From assembly GCA_046758705.1 (NCBI GenBank), contig JBHIAT010000080.1:1-15556 (forward strand): 15,556 nucleotides of DNA. The letters are read 5' to 3'. Of this stretch, positions 1-8,787 are shown piece after piece. The notes below the pieces were generated by a model. That model worked only from the letters and a program-made list of their open reading frames with translations. It did no database searches and was not told the DNA's origin. Both the position numbers and the translations under genes were made by a program. This DNA comes from Candidatus Bipolaricaulia bacterium (GTDB lineage Bacteria > Bipolaricaulota > Bipolaricaulia > JBHIAT01). Position 1 is the stretch's first letter. The number at the start of each line of letters is the position of its first letter.

Positions 1-83
1 GAGAGGCGGAAGGGGTTATCAGGTTAAGATGTTTATTAATGCGGAATATGCGTGAAGTATAATGATAGACGGAAGTGGTTATC

Positions 84-458
84 ATGGCCGAAAAAAGTCT
101 TCAGGAACAATATGCACCCCATAACACTTGCTTTGGATGCGGATCCGCGAACCCCAAAGGGCTGCGAATTCGTAGCTTTGCGCAGGGGGATAAAGTCGTC
201 GCCGAGTGGGCACCGGACCCTCGCCATGAGGCGTTCCCCGGTGTGCTGAACGGAGGTATCATCGGAACGCTTCTGGATTGTCATTCGAACTGGACAGTTG
301 CCTGGTATCTGACGCAGCGCTCAGGCGCCGAGCATCCACCCGTTACGGTAACGGCCGATTATGCCATAGAGCTTATCGCTAACGGACAGGTGTGTGCGAC
401 TTGCCGTGGTACCTTTGTGGCAGTGAAACCTGGGCATCCAGCGTATCATCGCTGGTAA
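84..458 (+). CDS. PaaI-family (hotdog fold) thioesterase, apparently with an in-frame internal deletion (possibly non-functional)
   Basis: CFGCGxxNPxGL N-terminal motif and HEAFPGVLNGGIIGTLLD hotdog helix motif. ATG at 84 is preferred over GTG at 75. The sequence runs TVTADYAI directly into ELIANGQVCATCRGTFV, lacking the strands expected in between. Confidence 0.85.
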   Translation: MAEKSLQEQYAPHNTCFGCGSANPKGLRIRSFAQGDKVVAEWAPDPRHEAFPGVLNGGIIGTLLDCHSNWTVAWYLTQRSGAEHPPVTVTADYAIELIANGQVCATCRGTFVAVKPGHPAYHRW

Positions 459-492
459 TATGGAAGAGTGGATTTGAAACCCGCCTCTATAG

Positions 493-521
493 TTGATTTG
501 CTTCCTAAAATCCCCTATATT
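493..521 (+). promoter_or_regulatory. Putative sigma70 promoter of the SPFH gene
   Basis: TTGATT (493-498), 17 bp spacer, TATATT (516-521), upstream of the GGGAGGT RBS and ATG 564. Confidence 0.5.
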
Positions 522-563
522 TGAGCTGATGCAGGTTACACACCCGGGAGGTGTTGAACGAAA

Positions 564-1328
564 ATGGTAGGGATCTACGTGGCGATTGTTATCGTCTTAC
601 TGTTTCTGGTCAGCGCAATCAGGATCGTCAGAGAGTATGAGCGAGGGGTGATCTTCCGCCTCGGTCGATTGGTTGGAGCCAAAGGACCGGGACTGTTCTT
701 CATCATTCCGTTCATCGATAAGATGGTGATCGTCAGCCTGCGAACCGTCACCTTGGATGTGCCTCCGCAGGAGGTGATCACTCGGGACAACGTGCCAGCC
801 AGTGTGAATGCGGTGGTCTACTTCCGGGTCATGGATCCATCGAGCGCCATCGTCGAGGTCGAGAATTTCATTCAGGCAACGAGTCAGATCTCTCAAACGA
901 CACTCAGAAGCGTCCTGGGCGAAGCTGAGCTTGATGAGCTCCTCTCCCAACGCGAGCAGATCAACCACAAACTCCAGGAGATCATCGATGATCAGACCGA
1001 TCCTTGGGGCATCAAGGTCTCAACCGTCGAGATCAAAGATGTGAAGATCCCTCAAGAGATGCAACGAGCGATGGCTCGTCAAGCCGAGACCGAGCGCGAG
1101 CGCCGTGCCAAGATCATCAACGCCGAGGGTGAGCTCCAGGCGGCAGAGAAGCTCCAGCAGGCCGCAGGGATCCTGCAGCAGAACCCAGCTGCCATTCAAT
1201 TGCGCTTCCTGGAGACGCTCGGCGACATCTCGGCCGATAACACATCGACGATCATCTTCCCCGTGCCGATCAACATCTTCGACGCCTTCAGGAGAGGAGT
1301 TGGAGGCGACGAACAGCAATCCAATTGA
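564..1328 (+). CDS. SPFH/band-7 (stomatin/slipin) family membrane protein
   Basis: N-terminal TM helix, then [47 protein letters not shown] and [20 protein letters not shown] motifs. RBS GGGAGG. Confidence 0.95.
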   Translation: MVGIYVAIVIVLLFLVSAIRIVREYERGVIFRLGRLVGAKGPGLFFIIPFIDKMVIVSLRTVTLDVPPQEVITRDNVPASVNAVVYFRVMDPSSAIVEVENFIQATSQISQTTLRSVLGEAELDELLSQREQINHKLQEIIDDQTDPWGIKVSTVEIKDVKIPQEMQRAMARQAETERERRAKIINAEGELQAAEKLQQAAGILQQNPAAIQLRFLETLGDISADNTSTIIFPVPINIFDAFRRGVGGDEQQSN

Positions 1329-1460
1329 AGACAGAAGCAGAAGGTCCAATCGTTCTAACAAGGAGGTGATCAACACTTCATCCAACAGCTCTGTAGTCTT
1401 ATTCAAATCCAAGCACCCATCGAATCTGACAAAACGAATTGTGGATCCGGACGGGTCGTC

Positions 1461-1490
1461 TTGACTTGCTCCATTCTCTGTTTCTATAAT
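1461..1490 (+). promoter_or_regulatory. Sigma70 promoter of the cta/cox operon
   Basis: TTGACT (1461-1466), 18 bp spacer, perfect TATAAT (1485-1490), in the only strongly AT-rich stretch of the window, about 70 bp upstream of ctaA. Confidence 0.75.
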
Positions 1491-1500
1491 AAAACAATTA

Positions 1501-1536
1501 TAACTTGAAGTTACAGTAATAATAATAGTTAGCATT
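1501..1536. promoter_or_regulatory. Candidate operator sites: palindrome TAACTT-G-AAGTTA (1501-1513) and a Fur-family box-like 19-mer (1518-1536)
   Basis: Perfect 6-1-6 inverted repeat. AATAATAATAGTTAGCATT matches AATGATAATnATTATCATT at 15 of 18 informative positions. Both lie downstream of the -10, where repressors usually bind. Confidence 0.45.
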
Positions 1537-1557
1537 TAAAACTTAGGTGAAGGGGCA

Positions 1558-2535
1558 GTGGGACGAACCGGAGTGACAGCATCTAAGCGATTGAAACGTC
1601 TCGTGATGACGGCAACCGTATCCACCTACCTCCTCCTCATCCTTGGCGGAGTGGTCAGCAGCACTGGAGCCGGGCTCGCCTGTCCGGACTGGCCACTGTG
1701 TCATGGCCAATTGATCCCGCCCCTTGAGGGGCCTGTGTTGATCGAGTACAGCCACCGACTGGTCGCGCTGGTCGCTGGCCTGTCGATCCTGGCCATGGTC
1801 GTCGCTGCCTGGCGCCATGCGCGCAGACGTCCGATCACCTTAGTGCTCTCCAATCTGGCCGTGTTTCTGTTCCTTGCCCAAGCCGGCCTGGGAGGTATCA
1901 CGGTGTTATATGAGCTCCCGACCGAGGCGGCTACCGCCCATCTAGGGGTCGGAACCGGGTTGTTCGTCGTGCTCGTAACCCTCACTGCTTTGATCGTTCT
2001 TGCCGAACCGTTCGATACATCGGCCGGTCTAGACCGGAATCGGAGCCGAAGCAATCTGTGTGGCTGGGTGATCGGAGCAGCGATCGTCGTCTTCGCCCAG
2101 ATGGTTCTCGGTGCCTACGTCCGCCACAGCGGGGCGAGTCTGGCCTGCCCGGATTTCCCTCGGTGTTTGGGACAGTGGGTCCCTCCACTGACAGGATCGG
2201 TCCTGGTTCATTTCGCCCATCGCCTCGGTGCGATCGCCTCCGGGGTGGTGGTGATCGGGGTCTGTGCCCGAGTCTGGTGGACCGTTCGAAAACCGCGATC
2301 GGTCGTTGTTGCGGCCGTGATGGCCTTGGGGCTGGTGGCCGTTCAGATCGCCCTCGGGGTTATCGTCGTCGTCTCCCAGATCGATCTCGGGCCGGCTATC
2401 GCTCATCTGGCGGTGGCCGAACTGTTGCTTGCCACGCTTATCTTCCTCGGCGTTCGAACCGGCGCCCGTGAGACGATCCCGGCACCGGTGGCCCCGGCAC
2501 TCCTGCGGCACGAACAACGTGAGGAGGCAGTCTGA
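1558..2535 (+). CDS. ctaA: Heme A synthase (COX15/CtaA family)
   Basis: GAGLACPDWPLCHG and IEYSHRL motifs, a second-half copy GASLACPDFPRCLG / HFAHRL, about 8 TM helices. First gene of the oxidase cluster. GTG start is not certain. Confidence 0.93.
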   Translation: MGRTGVTASKRLKRLVMTATVSTYLLLILGGVVSSTGAGLACPDWPLCHGQLIPPLEGPVLIEYSHRLVALVAGLSILAMVVAAWRHARRRPITLVLSNLAVFLFLAQAGLGGITVLYELPTEAATAHLGVGTGLFVVLVTLTALIVLAEPFDTSAGLDRNRSRSNLCGWVIGAAIVVFAQMVLGAYVRHSGASLACPDFPRCLGQWVPPLTGSVLVHFAHRLGAIASGVVVIGVCARVWWTVRKPRSVVVAAVMALGLVAVQIALGVIVVVSQIDLGPAIAHLAVAELLLATLIFLGVRTGARETIPAPVAPALLRHEQREEAV

Positions 2536-2546
2536 AGGGATATGAA

Positions 2547-3422
2547 ATGAGGCATACTAGCGCTGCTCGCCCGCGCATCGCAGATTACATCGCGCTCACC
2601 AAACCCCGGATCGTCGGATTGGTCCTGGTCACGACCCTGTCCGGTATGTGGCTCGCTGCTCACGGATGGCCGTCTGCTTCTGTGGTGCTGTGGACGTTGC
2701 TCGGAACCGGCCTGGCCGCAGGCTCAGCCCAGGCGTTGAACGCTTACCTGGATCGGGATTTCGATGCACGCATGCACCGCACCCAAAACCGTCCGCTGCC
2801 AGCAGGTCGGTTGGTCCCGTCTCGGGCTTTGAGTTTCGGGATTGCTCTCGGGATCACGGCGTTTGCCCTGCTGGCCGTGGCGGTCAACCTGCTGAGCGCC
2901 GGCTTGGCGTTGGCGACGATCCTGTTTTATGTGTTTGTCTACACCCTGTGGCTGAAGCGAACTACGTCCTGGTGTACGGTGATCGGTGGTGTGTCCGGAG
3001 CGATGCCCCCGCTCATCGGCTGGGCCGCCGTGACCGGCGGACTCGGGCCTCCGGCATGGGTTCTGTTCGCTATCTTGTTCTTATGGCAGCCGCCCCATTT
3101 TTGGTCGCTTGCTCTGGTTTACCTCGATGATTACCGGCGGGCCGAGTTTCCGATGCTCCCTGTCGTTCAAGGTGGACGGGCCACCCGGCGCCAAATGTTA
3201 CTCTACATCGCCGCCCTCGTGCCGGTGAGTATCCTCCTATATCCGATGGGTGTCGCCGGCCCGTTGTACCTGGCGATCGCGGTGGGCCTCGGCCTCGGTT
3301 ATATCGTTCAATCGGTTAGATTCGCGTTGCAAGACCGTCTCGGACCGGACACGCTGTTCTTTTACTCGATCATCTATCTGACCCTGCTGTTCGTGACGGT
3401 GGTCATCAACTGCCGGTGTTAA
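2547..3422 (+). CDS. ctaB: Protoheme IX farnesyltransferase (heme O synthase)
   Basis: LTKPRI, N..LDRDFDARMHRTQNRPLP, YTLWLKR, GAMPPLIGWAA and LWQPPHFWSLA...DDY UbiA-family motifs. Confidence 0.96.
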   Translation: MRHTSAARPRIADYIALTKPRIVGLVLVTTLSGMWLAAHGWPSASVVLWTLLGTGLAAGSAQALNAYLDRDFDARMHRTQNRPLPAGRLVPSRALSFGIALGITAFALLAVAVNLLSAGLALATILFYVFVYTLWLKRTTSWCTVIGGVSGAMPPLIGWAAVTGGLGPPAWVLFAILFLWQPPHFWSLALVYLDDYRRAEFPMLPVVQGGRATRRQMLLYIAALVPVSILLYPMGVAGPLYLAIAVGLGLGYIVQSVRFALQDRLGPDTLFFYSIIYLTLLFVTVVINCRC

Positions 3423-3443
3423 AGGAGACAAAGGTGACAGGTG

Positions 3444-4472
3444 ATGCATAACCGATATACTCGACTGTTTTCTATCGCAGTTCTGGTCTTGCTCGCCGCT
3501 CTGTTAGGAGGCTCTGCTGTCGCGTTTGCCCAGGATGGACATCCTCAATCGACGTTCGATGCAGCCGGCCCGGTGGCAGAGAGGCAGCGCGATCTGTTGT
3601 GGTTCATCATCTGGGTGGCGGTCGGGATCTTAGTCGTTGTCGAGGGGGCATTGATCTATGCGATCATCCGCTACCGGCGCCGGCCGAGACAGGCGGGAGA
3701 ACCCGAGCCGGTTCACGGACACTCCGGGTTGGAAATCAGCTGGACGATCGCCCCGGTGCTCATCGTGGCCGCCATCGGTGTGTTCACGGTTCGCACGATT
3801 TTCGATCTTTCCAGTCCGCCGGTGCCCGACGCGTTGCAGATCAAAGTGACCGCGTATCAATGGTGGTGGGAGTTCCAATATCCAGACGCGGAGGTCGTCA
3901 CCGCCAATGAACTGCATATCCCGGTCGGCCAGGTCGTCAATCTCAACATCGAATCGCAGGACGTCATCCACAGCTTCTGGGTTCCCAAACTTGCGGGTAA
4001 GATGGATGCCATTCCGAACCAGTTGAATCAGCTGTGGCTGAGGGCGGACCAGTCCGGCATCTATTGGGGGCAATGCGCCGAGTTCTGCGGGATTGCCCAT
4101 GCGTTCATGCGATTTCGGGTGATCGCCCAACCGGAGGATGAGTTCCAGGCATGGCTGCAAGTGCAGCAACAGCCGGCTGTGACGCTGGTGGATGACCTGG
4201 CCAGAAAGGGTGCCGAGATCTTTGCGCGAAGCGCATGTATCGGCTGCCACACGGTTGCGGGCACACTCGCTCAAGGGAAGATCGGACCGGATCTCACCCA
4301 CTTTGGGGATCGCACGACCCTGGGCGCCGGAATTTTGGACAATAACCCGGAGAACCTGGCGGATTGGCTGCGCGACCCTCAGGCGGTCAAACCGGGGAAC
4401 CGGATGCCGAATTTGAATTTAAGCGAGGATGAGATCTCAGCGCTGGCTGCCTATCTACAGAGCTTGAAATAA
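3444..4472 (+). CDS. ctaC: Cytochrome c oxidase subunit II with C-terminal cytochrome c domain (caa3 type)
   Basis: Signal peptide, two TM helices, LEISWT and QWWWEFQY. CuA ligands DVIHSFW and CAEFCGIAHAFM. Heme c motif CIGCH (4236-4250) with distal Met in KPGNRMP. Start is GTG 3441 or ATG 3444. Confidence 0.96.
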   Translation: MHNRYTRLFSIAVLVLLAALLGGSAVAFAQDGHPQSTFDAAGPVAERQRDLLWFIIWVAVGILVVVEGALIYAIIRYRRRPRQAGEPEPVHGHSGLEISWTIAPVLIVAAIGVFTVRTIFDLSSPPVPDALQIKVTAYQWWWEFQYPDAEVVTANELHIPVGQVVNLNIESQDVIHSFWVPKLAGKMDAIPNQLNQLWLRADQSGIYWGQCAEFCGIAHAFMRFRVIAQPEDEFQAWLQVQQQPAVTLVDDLARKGAEIFARSACIGCHTVAGTLAQGKIGPDLTHFGDRTTLGAGILDNNPENLADWLRDPQAVKPGNRMPNLNLSEDEISALAAYLQSLK

Positions 4473-4496
4473 TATGGGGAGGTGGAGATATCAGTC

Positions 4497-6380
4497 ATGG
4501 CAGTGATCGATGAAGCAGTACCCGGGACACTGCGCCGTCCCACTGCCAAGTCGGGGTGGTGGAGTTGGGTGGTTACCGTCGATCACAAGAGGATCGGGAT
4601 CCTGTACGGCACGACCGCGATCATCTTCTTCATATTCGGCGGGATCGAGGCGCTGATCATGCGGTTGCAGCTTGCCCAGGCCAACCTGAAGATCGTGGAC
4701 CCGGAGACCTACAACCAGTTGTTCACCATGCACGGGACTACGATGGTGTTCCTGGCCATCATGCCGCTGAGCGCGGCGTTCTTCAACTTCATCGTGCCGT
4801 TGATGATCGGCGCCCGCGACGTGGCATTTCCGCGGCTCAACGCGTTCAGCTATTGGTTGTTCCTCCTCGGCGGCATCTTCCTCAACTCCAGCTGGTTTTT
4901 GGGGGGTGCACCCAATGCCGGGTGGTTCGGCTACGCCAATCTGACCGGAGGGACGTTCAACCCGGGTTTGGGCATCGACTTTTGGGTGCTGGGCCTGCTG
5001 CTGCTGGGGATTGCGTCCCTGGCGTCCGCACTGAACTTTATCGTCACCATCGTCAACATGCGGGCTCCGGGAATGACGCTGATGCGGATGCCGGTGTTCG
5101 TCTGGATGACGCTCGTCACCGCGATTTTGATCGTCCTGGCGTTTCCGGTGATTACGGTGGCCCTGATCGAGCTTTTGTTCGACCGCTTGTTCGGTGCCAA
5201 CTTCTTTCTCCCGGCCGCAGGCGCCGATCCGCTGCTATGGCAACACCTGTTTTGGATCTTCGGCCATCCCGAGGTGTACATCCTGATCCTGCCCGCGATG
5301 GGCATTGTCTCGGAGATCTTGCCCAGCTTCGCACGGAAACCGTTGTTCGGTTATCCGTTCGTGGTCCTCTCCGGCGTGTTCATCGGCTTTATGGGGTTTG
5401 CAGTCTGGAGCCACCATATGTTCACCGTGGGTCTGGGCCCGATAGCGAACTCGGTGTTTGCACTGACCACGATGGCGATCGCCGTACCGACCGGCGTCAA
5501 GATCTTCAACTGGATCGCCACGCTGTGGGGAGGCACGATCCGGATGAGAACACCGTTGCTGTTTGCGGTCGGCTTCATCGCGATGTTCATCATCGGGGGG
5601 CTGAGCGGTATCATGCACTCCTCGGCTCCGACCGATGCGCAACAGCAGGACACTTACTTCGTCGTCGGCCACTTCCACTACGTCCTGTTCGGCGGCAGCC
5701 TGTTCGCCATCTTCGCCGGCATCTACTACTGGTTCCCCAAGATCACCGGCCGCCTGCTCAGCGAGCGCCTCGGCAAGGTCCACTTCTGGATGACGTTTAT
5801 CGGATTCAATGTCGCGTTCTTCCCGTTCCACTTCTTGGGTCTCCTGGGGATGCCGCGCCGCATCTATACGTACGATGCTGGATTGGGCTTGGATCGGTGG
5901 AATTTGGTGTCGACCGCCGGGGCGTTCTTCCTGGCGCTGTCGGTGGCCGTATTTGTGTATGCCATGATCCGCAGCCTCCGAACAGGAGAACCGGCCGGGA
6001 ACGATCCTTGGGACGCTCGGACCCTGGAGTGGACCATCTCCTCGCCGCCTCCGGAGTACAACTTTGCGACGATCCCGACGATACACAGCCGAGATGCATT
6101 CTGGGAGCAGAAGCAGGGGGTGATCGCTGGAGGTGAAACGGTCGGTGATAACCCCGGCGGAGAAAAACAGGGAGAGGGAGAGGGAGAGCATATCCATATG
6201 CCCAGCCCCTCCTACTTTCCGGTGGTGACGGCGATCGGTCTGACGCTGACCATCTACGGACTGCTTTACCTCCGTCCCATTCTTCCTGGTATCGTACTCG
6301 CCGGCATCGGATTAATCGTGATGCTCACCGGCATCTATGGTTGGGCGTTCGAACCGGTCTCGGAACCGACGAGTGAATAG
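4497..6380 (+). CDS. ctaD: Cytochrome c oxidase subunit I, A1 type
   Basis: TVDHKRIG (D-channel Asp), TMHGTTM, WIFGHPEVY (A1 Glu), VWSHHM, PTGVK (K-channel), GHFHY and MPRR. Two extra C-terminal TM helices. ATG 4497 is preferred from the GGAGGTGGAG RBS spacing; the ORF track starts at GTG 4482. Confidence 0.98.
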   Translation: MAVIDEAVPGTLRRPTAKSGWWSWVVTVDHKRIGILYGTTAIIFFIFGGIEALIMRLQLAQANLKIVDPETYNQLFTMHGTTMVFLAIMPLSAAFFNFIVPLMIGARDVAFPRLNAFSYWLFLLGGIFLNSSWFLGGAPNAGWFGYANLTGGTFNPGLGIDFWVLGLLLLGIASLASALNFIVTIVNMRAPGMTLMRMPVFVWMTLVTAILIVLAFPVITVALIELLFDRLFGANFFLPAAGADPLLWQHLFWIFGHPEVYILILPAMGIVSEILPSFARKPLFGYPFVVLSGVFIGFMGFAVWSHHMFTVGLGPIANSVFALTTMAIAVPTGVKIFNWIATLWGGTIRMRTPLLFAVGFIAMFIIGGLSGIMHSSAPTDAQQQDTYFVVGHFHYVLFGGSLFAIFAGIYYWFPKITGRLLSERLGKVHFWMTFIGFNVAFFPFHFLGLLGMPRRIYTYDAGLGLDRWNLVSTAGAFFLALSVAVFVYAMIRSLRTGEPAGNDPWDARTLEWTISSPPPEYNFATIPTIHSRDAFWEQKQGVIAGGETVGDNPGGEKQGEGEGEHIHMPSPSYFPVVTAIGLTLTIYGLLYLRPILPGIVLAGIGLIVMLTGIYGWAFEPVSEPTSE

Positions 6381-6402
6381 AGCATAGAAAGGAGCAATCC
6401 GG

Positions 6403-7020
6403 TTGGATCACGCATCGGTATCGGAGGCAGCGGAACATCCTGTCGAGGAGACGACCACCGGCCTGAGCCATCTGAAGGTGGTCATATGGGCGTTCCTGGG
6501 TTCCGAATGCATGTTCTTCGGGTCGTTGATCGCCACCTATCTGGTGTATCAGGACAGAAACGTGATCGGGCCTTTCCCGGAGGAAATTCTCGATATACCG
6601 ACCACCTCAGTCAGTACGTTCGTTCTGCTGATGAGCAGTCTGATGATGGTGCTGGCGCTGGCGGCGATCCAGCGCGGTGATCAGCGGGGAGGTCGGATCT
6701 GGCTGGTCGCCACCGCCCTGCTCGGGAGCACCTTCTTGGGATTTCAGGTGTTCGAATTCACCGAGTTCGTCCGGGAGGGTCTCACCCTGAGTAGAAATCT
6801 GTTCGGCAGCACGTTCTTCACGTTGACGGGCTTCCACGGCGGACACGTGACCGTCGGGGTCATCTGGTTGTTGTCGCTCGTCGGTTACTCACTGCGGCAC
6901 GGCCTGACTCAGAAAGATAGCCTCAAGGTTGAGATCGCCGGCCTGTACTGGCACTTTGTCGATGTCGTTTGGATCGTTATATTCACCGTCGTCTATCTGA
7001 TCGGCGGCCTGGAAATTTAG
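6403..7020 (+). CDS. ctaE: Cytochrome c oxidase subunit III (short 5-TM form)
   Basis: WAFLGSECMFFGSL, LLMSS, TFFTLTGFHGGHV and GLYWHFVDVVW. TTG start after the AAGGAG RBS. Confidence 0.95.
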   Translation: MDHASVSEAAEHPVEETTTGLSHLKVVIWAFLGSECMFFGSLIATYLVYQDRNVIGPFPEEILDIPTTSVSTFVLLMSSLMMVLALAAIQRGDQRGGRIWLVATALLGSTFLGFQVFEFTEFVREGLTLSRNLFGSTFFTLTGFHGGHVTVGVIWLLSLVGYSLRHGLTQKDSLKVEIAGLYWHFVDVVWIVIFTVVYLIGGLEI

Positions 7021-7030
7021 GGATGAGAAG

Positions 7031-7837
7031 ATGATCGAGCTGGCTATTCTGACCGTGCTGTTTATCGCCACGGTCCTCGTGCTGGGGGGCCTGGCCTACG
7101 GCGTGTTGCGCCATGATCTCTCCCTCGGGATCAGACGCGCGCAAGCGGCCGCGCCGCCGGGGCCGGAAGGAGAGCTCAGCCACGGTGAACGCGCCCACCC
7201 CACTGTAATGACCTACATACAGGTGGCCGTAGTACTTGCGGTGGTGACGTTGGCTGAAGTAGGAATTTTTTACGCAGATCCGCTCCGTGAGGCGCTGATC
7301 CCGATCTTCTTGGTGCTCTCCGCTGCGAAGTTCGGGCTGGTCGCGATGTTTTATATGCATCTGAGGTTCGATAGTCGCCTGTTTTCCGGATTCTTTGTGG
7401 GAGGGCTGCTCATCGCCGTCTCGATCATCGTGGCATTGATGGCGTTGTTCCAGGTATTTGTCAGGGAACCGAGATCTGAAACGGTCGCGGCGGTCGCGGT
7501 GGAAGAGGAAGAGCAGGTAGAAGTAGGCTCGGAACCGGCAGCGATCGAGCGCGGCCGCCAACTGGCTCAGCAGAACGCCTGCCTCGGCTGCCATACGACG
7601 ACCGGTGAGGTGATCATCGGACCGACTTGGAAGGAACTGTTCGGCAGCGAGCGGATGCTGGACAGCGGCGAGACGATCACCGCTGATGAGGCCTATCTGA
7701 GGGAGTCGATCCTGAACCCAAACGCCAAGGTCGTCCAGGGCTTTAATCCCATAATGCCCACCACCTTCGGCAACCTGTTCTCAGCAGAGGATATCGACGC
7801 GATCGTTGCCTATATCAAGAGCCTCAAGGAGGAATAG
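7031..7837 (+). CDS. Cytochrome c oxidase subunit IV-like protein fused to a C-terminal cytochrome c domain
   Basis: Extra N-terminal TM helix, then a subunit IV-type region (HPT..TYIQVAVVLAVVTLAEV...KFGLVAMFYMHLRFD), an acidic linker, and a cytochrome c with CLGCH (7580-7594), GPTWKELFG, ADEAYLRESILNP and distal MP. Confidence 0.88.
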   Translation: MIELAILTVLFIATVLVLGGLAYGVLRHDLSLGIRRAQAAAPPGPEGELSHGERAHPTVMTYIQVAVVLAVVTLAEVGIFYADPLREALIPIFLVLSAAKFGLVAMFYMHLRFDSRLFSGFFVGGLLIAVSIIVALMALFQVFVREPRSETVAAVAVEEEEQVEVGSEPAAIERGRQLAQQNACLGCHTTTGEVIIGPTWKELFGSERMLDSGETITADEAYLRESILNPNAKVVQGFNPIMPTTFGNLFSAEDIDAIVAYIKSLKEE

Positions 7838-7840
7838 GCG

Positions 7841-8755
7841 TTGCTGACCGATACCGATACGGCTACTGCTATCAATTGGCACTGGCATCCAGACGTGTTT
7901 GTCGTGCTGCTGCTGATCCAAGGTGCTTACCTCCTCGGTGTCGGACCGCTGCGTCGGCACTTCGATTGGGCGGATTCGGTAGACCCCCGTCATGTCGCCG
8001 CGTTCTCACTGGGAGTTCTGGTCATCTTTATTGCCGCAGGCACGCCGCTCCACGAGCTGAGCGAGGGGTATCTGTTCAGCGCACATATGCTGCAGCACGT
8101 GCTGCTGACGCTCGTGGCTCCCCCGTTGCTGCTGCTGGGAACGCCGGGTTGGTTGCTGCGTCCGCTGCTGCGTTTGCCGATCGTTATGCCGGCGGCACGG
8201 TTTCTGACTCTGCCGCTGGTGGCGTTTGTCCTGTTCAACGTGGTGTTCGCGATCTGGCATCTGCCGGTCCTTTATGATTTGACGCTCGGGGATCACCCGA
8301 TTCATATCGCCGAGCATCTGCTGTTTATGGGAACCGCTCTGCTGATGTGGTGGCCGATTTTGAGCCCACTGCCCGAGTTGCCTCGGCTTTCCTATCCGAG
8401 CCAAATGCTCTATCTGTTCTTGCTATCGGTCGCACAGCTCCCGGTGTTTGCGGTGATCACCTTTTCCGATAGGCTGCTCTATACGGGATATGCCGAGGCA
8501 CCGCGACTGTGGAATCTCTCGGCCCTCAACGACCAACAGATCGGCGGGATCTTTATGAAGGTCGCCGGCATGCTGATCTTTTTGCTGGTGCTCGCCATCG
8601 TATTTTTCCGATGGTTCCATCACGAGGCGGAACAGGAGCAGGCACCGGCCCTGACCCGTCGTCAACACGTCCTCATTCAAGACCTGGAGAAGCACTTGGA
8701 GACCGAAGGAACGAAAAAAGACGGAGGCGCAGAGATAGATCATAGATCAGAGTAA
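7841..8755 (+). CDS. ctaG: caa3-type oxidase assembly factor CtaG
   Basis: YLFSAHMLQHVLLTLVAPPLLLLG, WHLP.LY, H..EH, WWP and DQQIGG motifs. Position after the structural subunits. TTG start is uncertain. Confidence 0.92.
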   Translation: MLTDTDTATAINWHWHPDVFVVLLLIQGAYLLGVGPLRRHFDWADSVDPRHVAAFSLGVLVIFIAAGTPLHELSEGYLFSAHMLQHVLLTLVAPPLLLLGTPGWLLRPLLRLPIVMPAARFLTLPLVAFVLFNVVFAIWHLPVLYDLTLGDHPIHIAEHLLFMGTALLMWWPILSPLPELPRLSYPSQMLYLFLLSVAQLPVFAVITFSDRLLYTGYAEAPRLWNLSALNDQQIGGIFMKVAGMLIFLLVLAIVFFRWFHHEAEQEQAPALTRRQHVLIQDLEKHLETEGTKKDGGAEIDHRSE

Positions 8756-8787
8756 TCGTTGAAAGGAGAAAGGAGGGTTTCCCGATC

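Noticed and set aside
1360-1376. 16S rRNA 3'-end fragment on the minus strand
   Set aside because: The match is limited to the 12-nt anti-SD complement and does not extend into rRNA sequence.
4556-6136. 526-aa alternative-frame ORF, and the 320-aa antisense ORF 5235-6197, inside ctaD
   Set aside because: Arg/Pro/Gly-rich shadow frames expected from GC-rich codon usage of a hydrophobic protein. No motifs or RBS.
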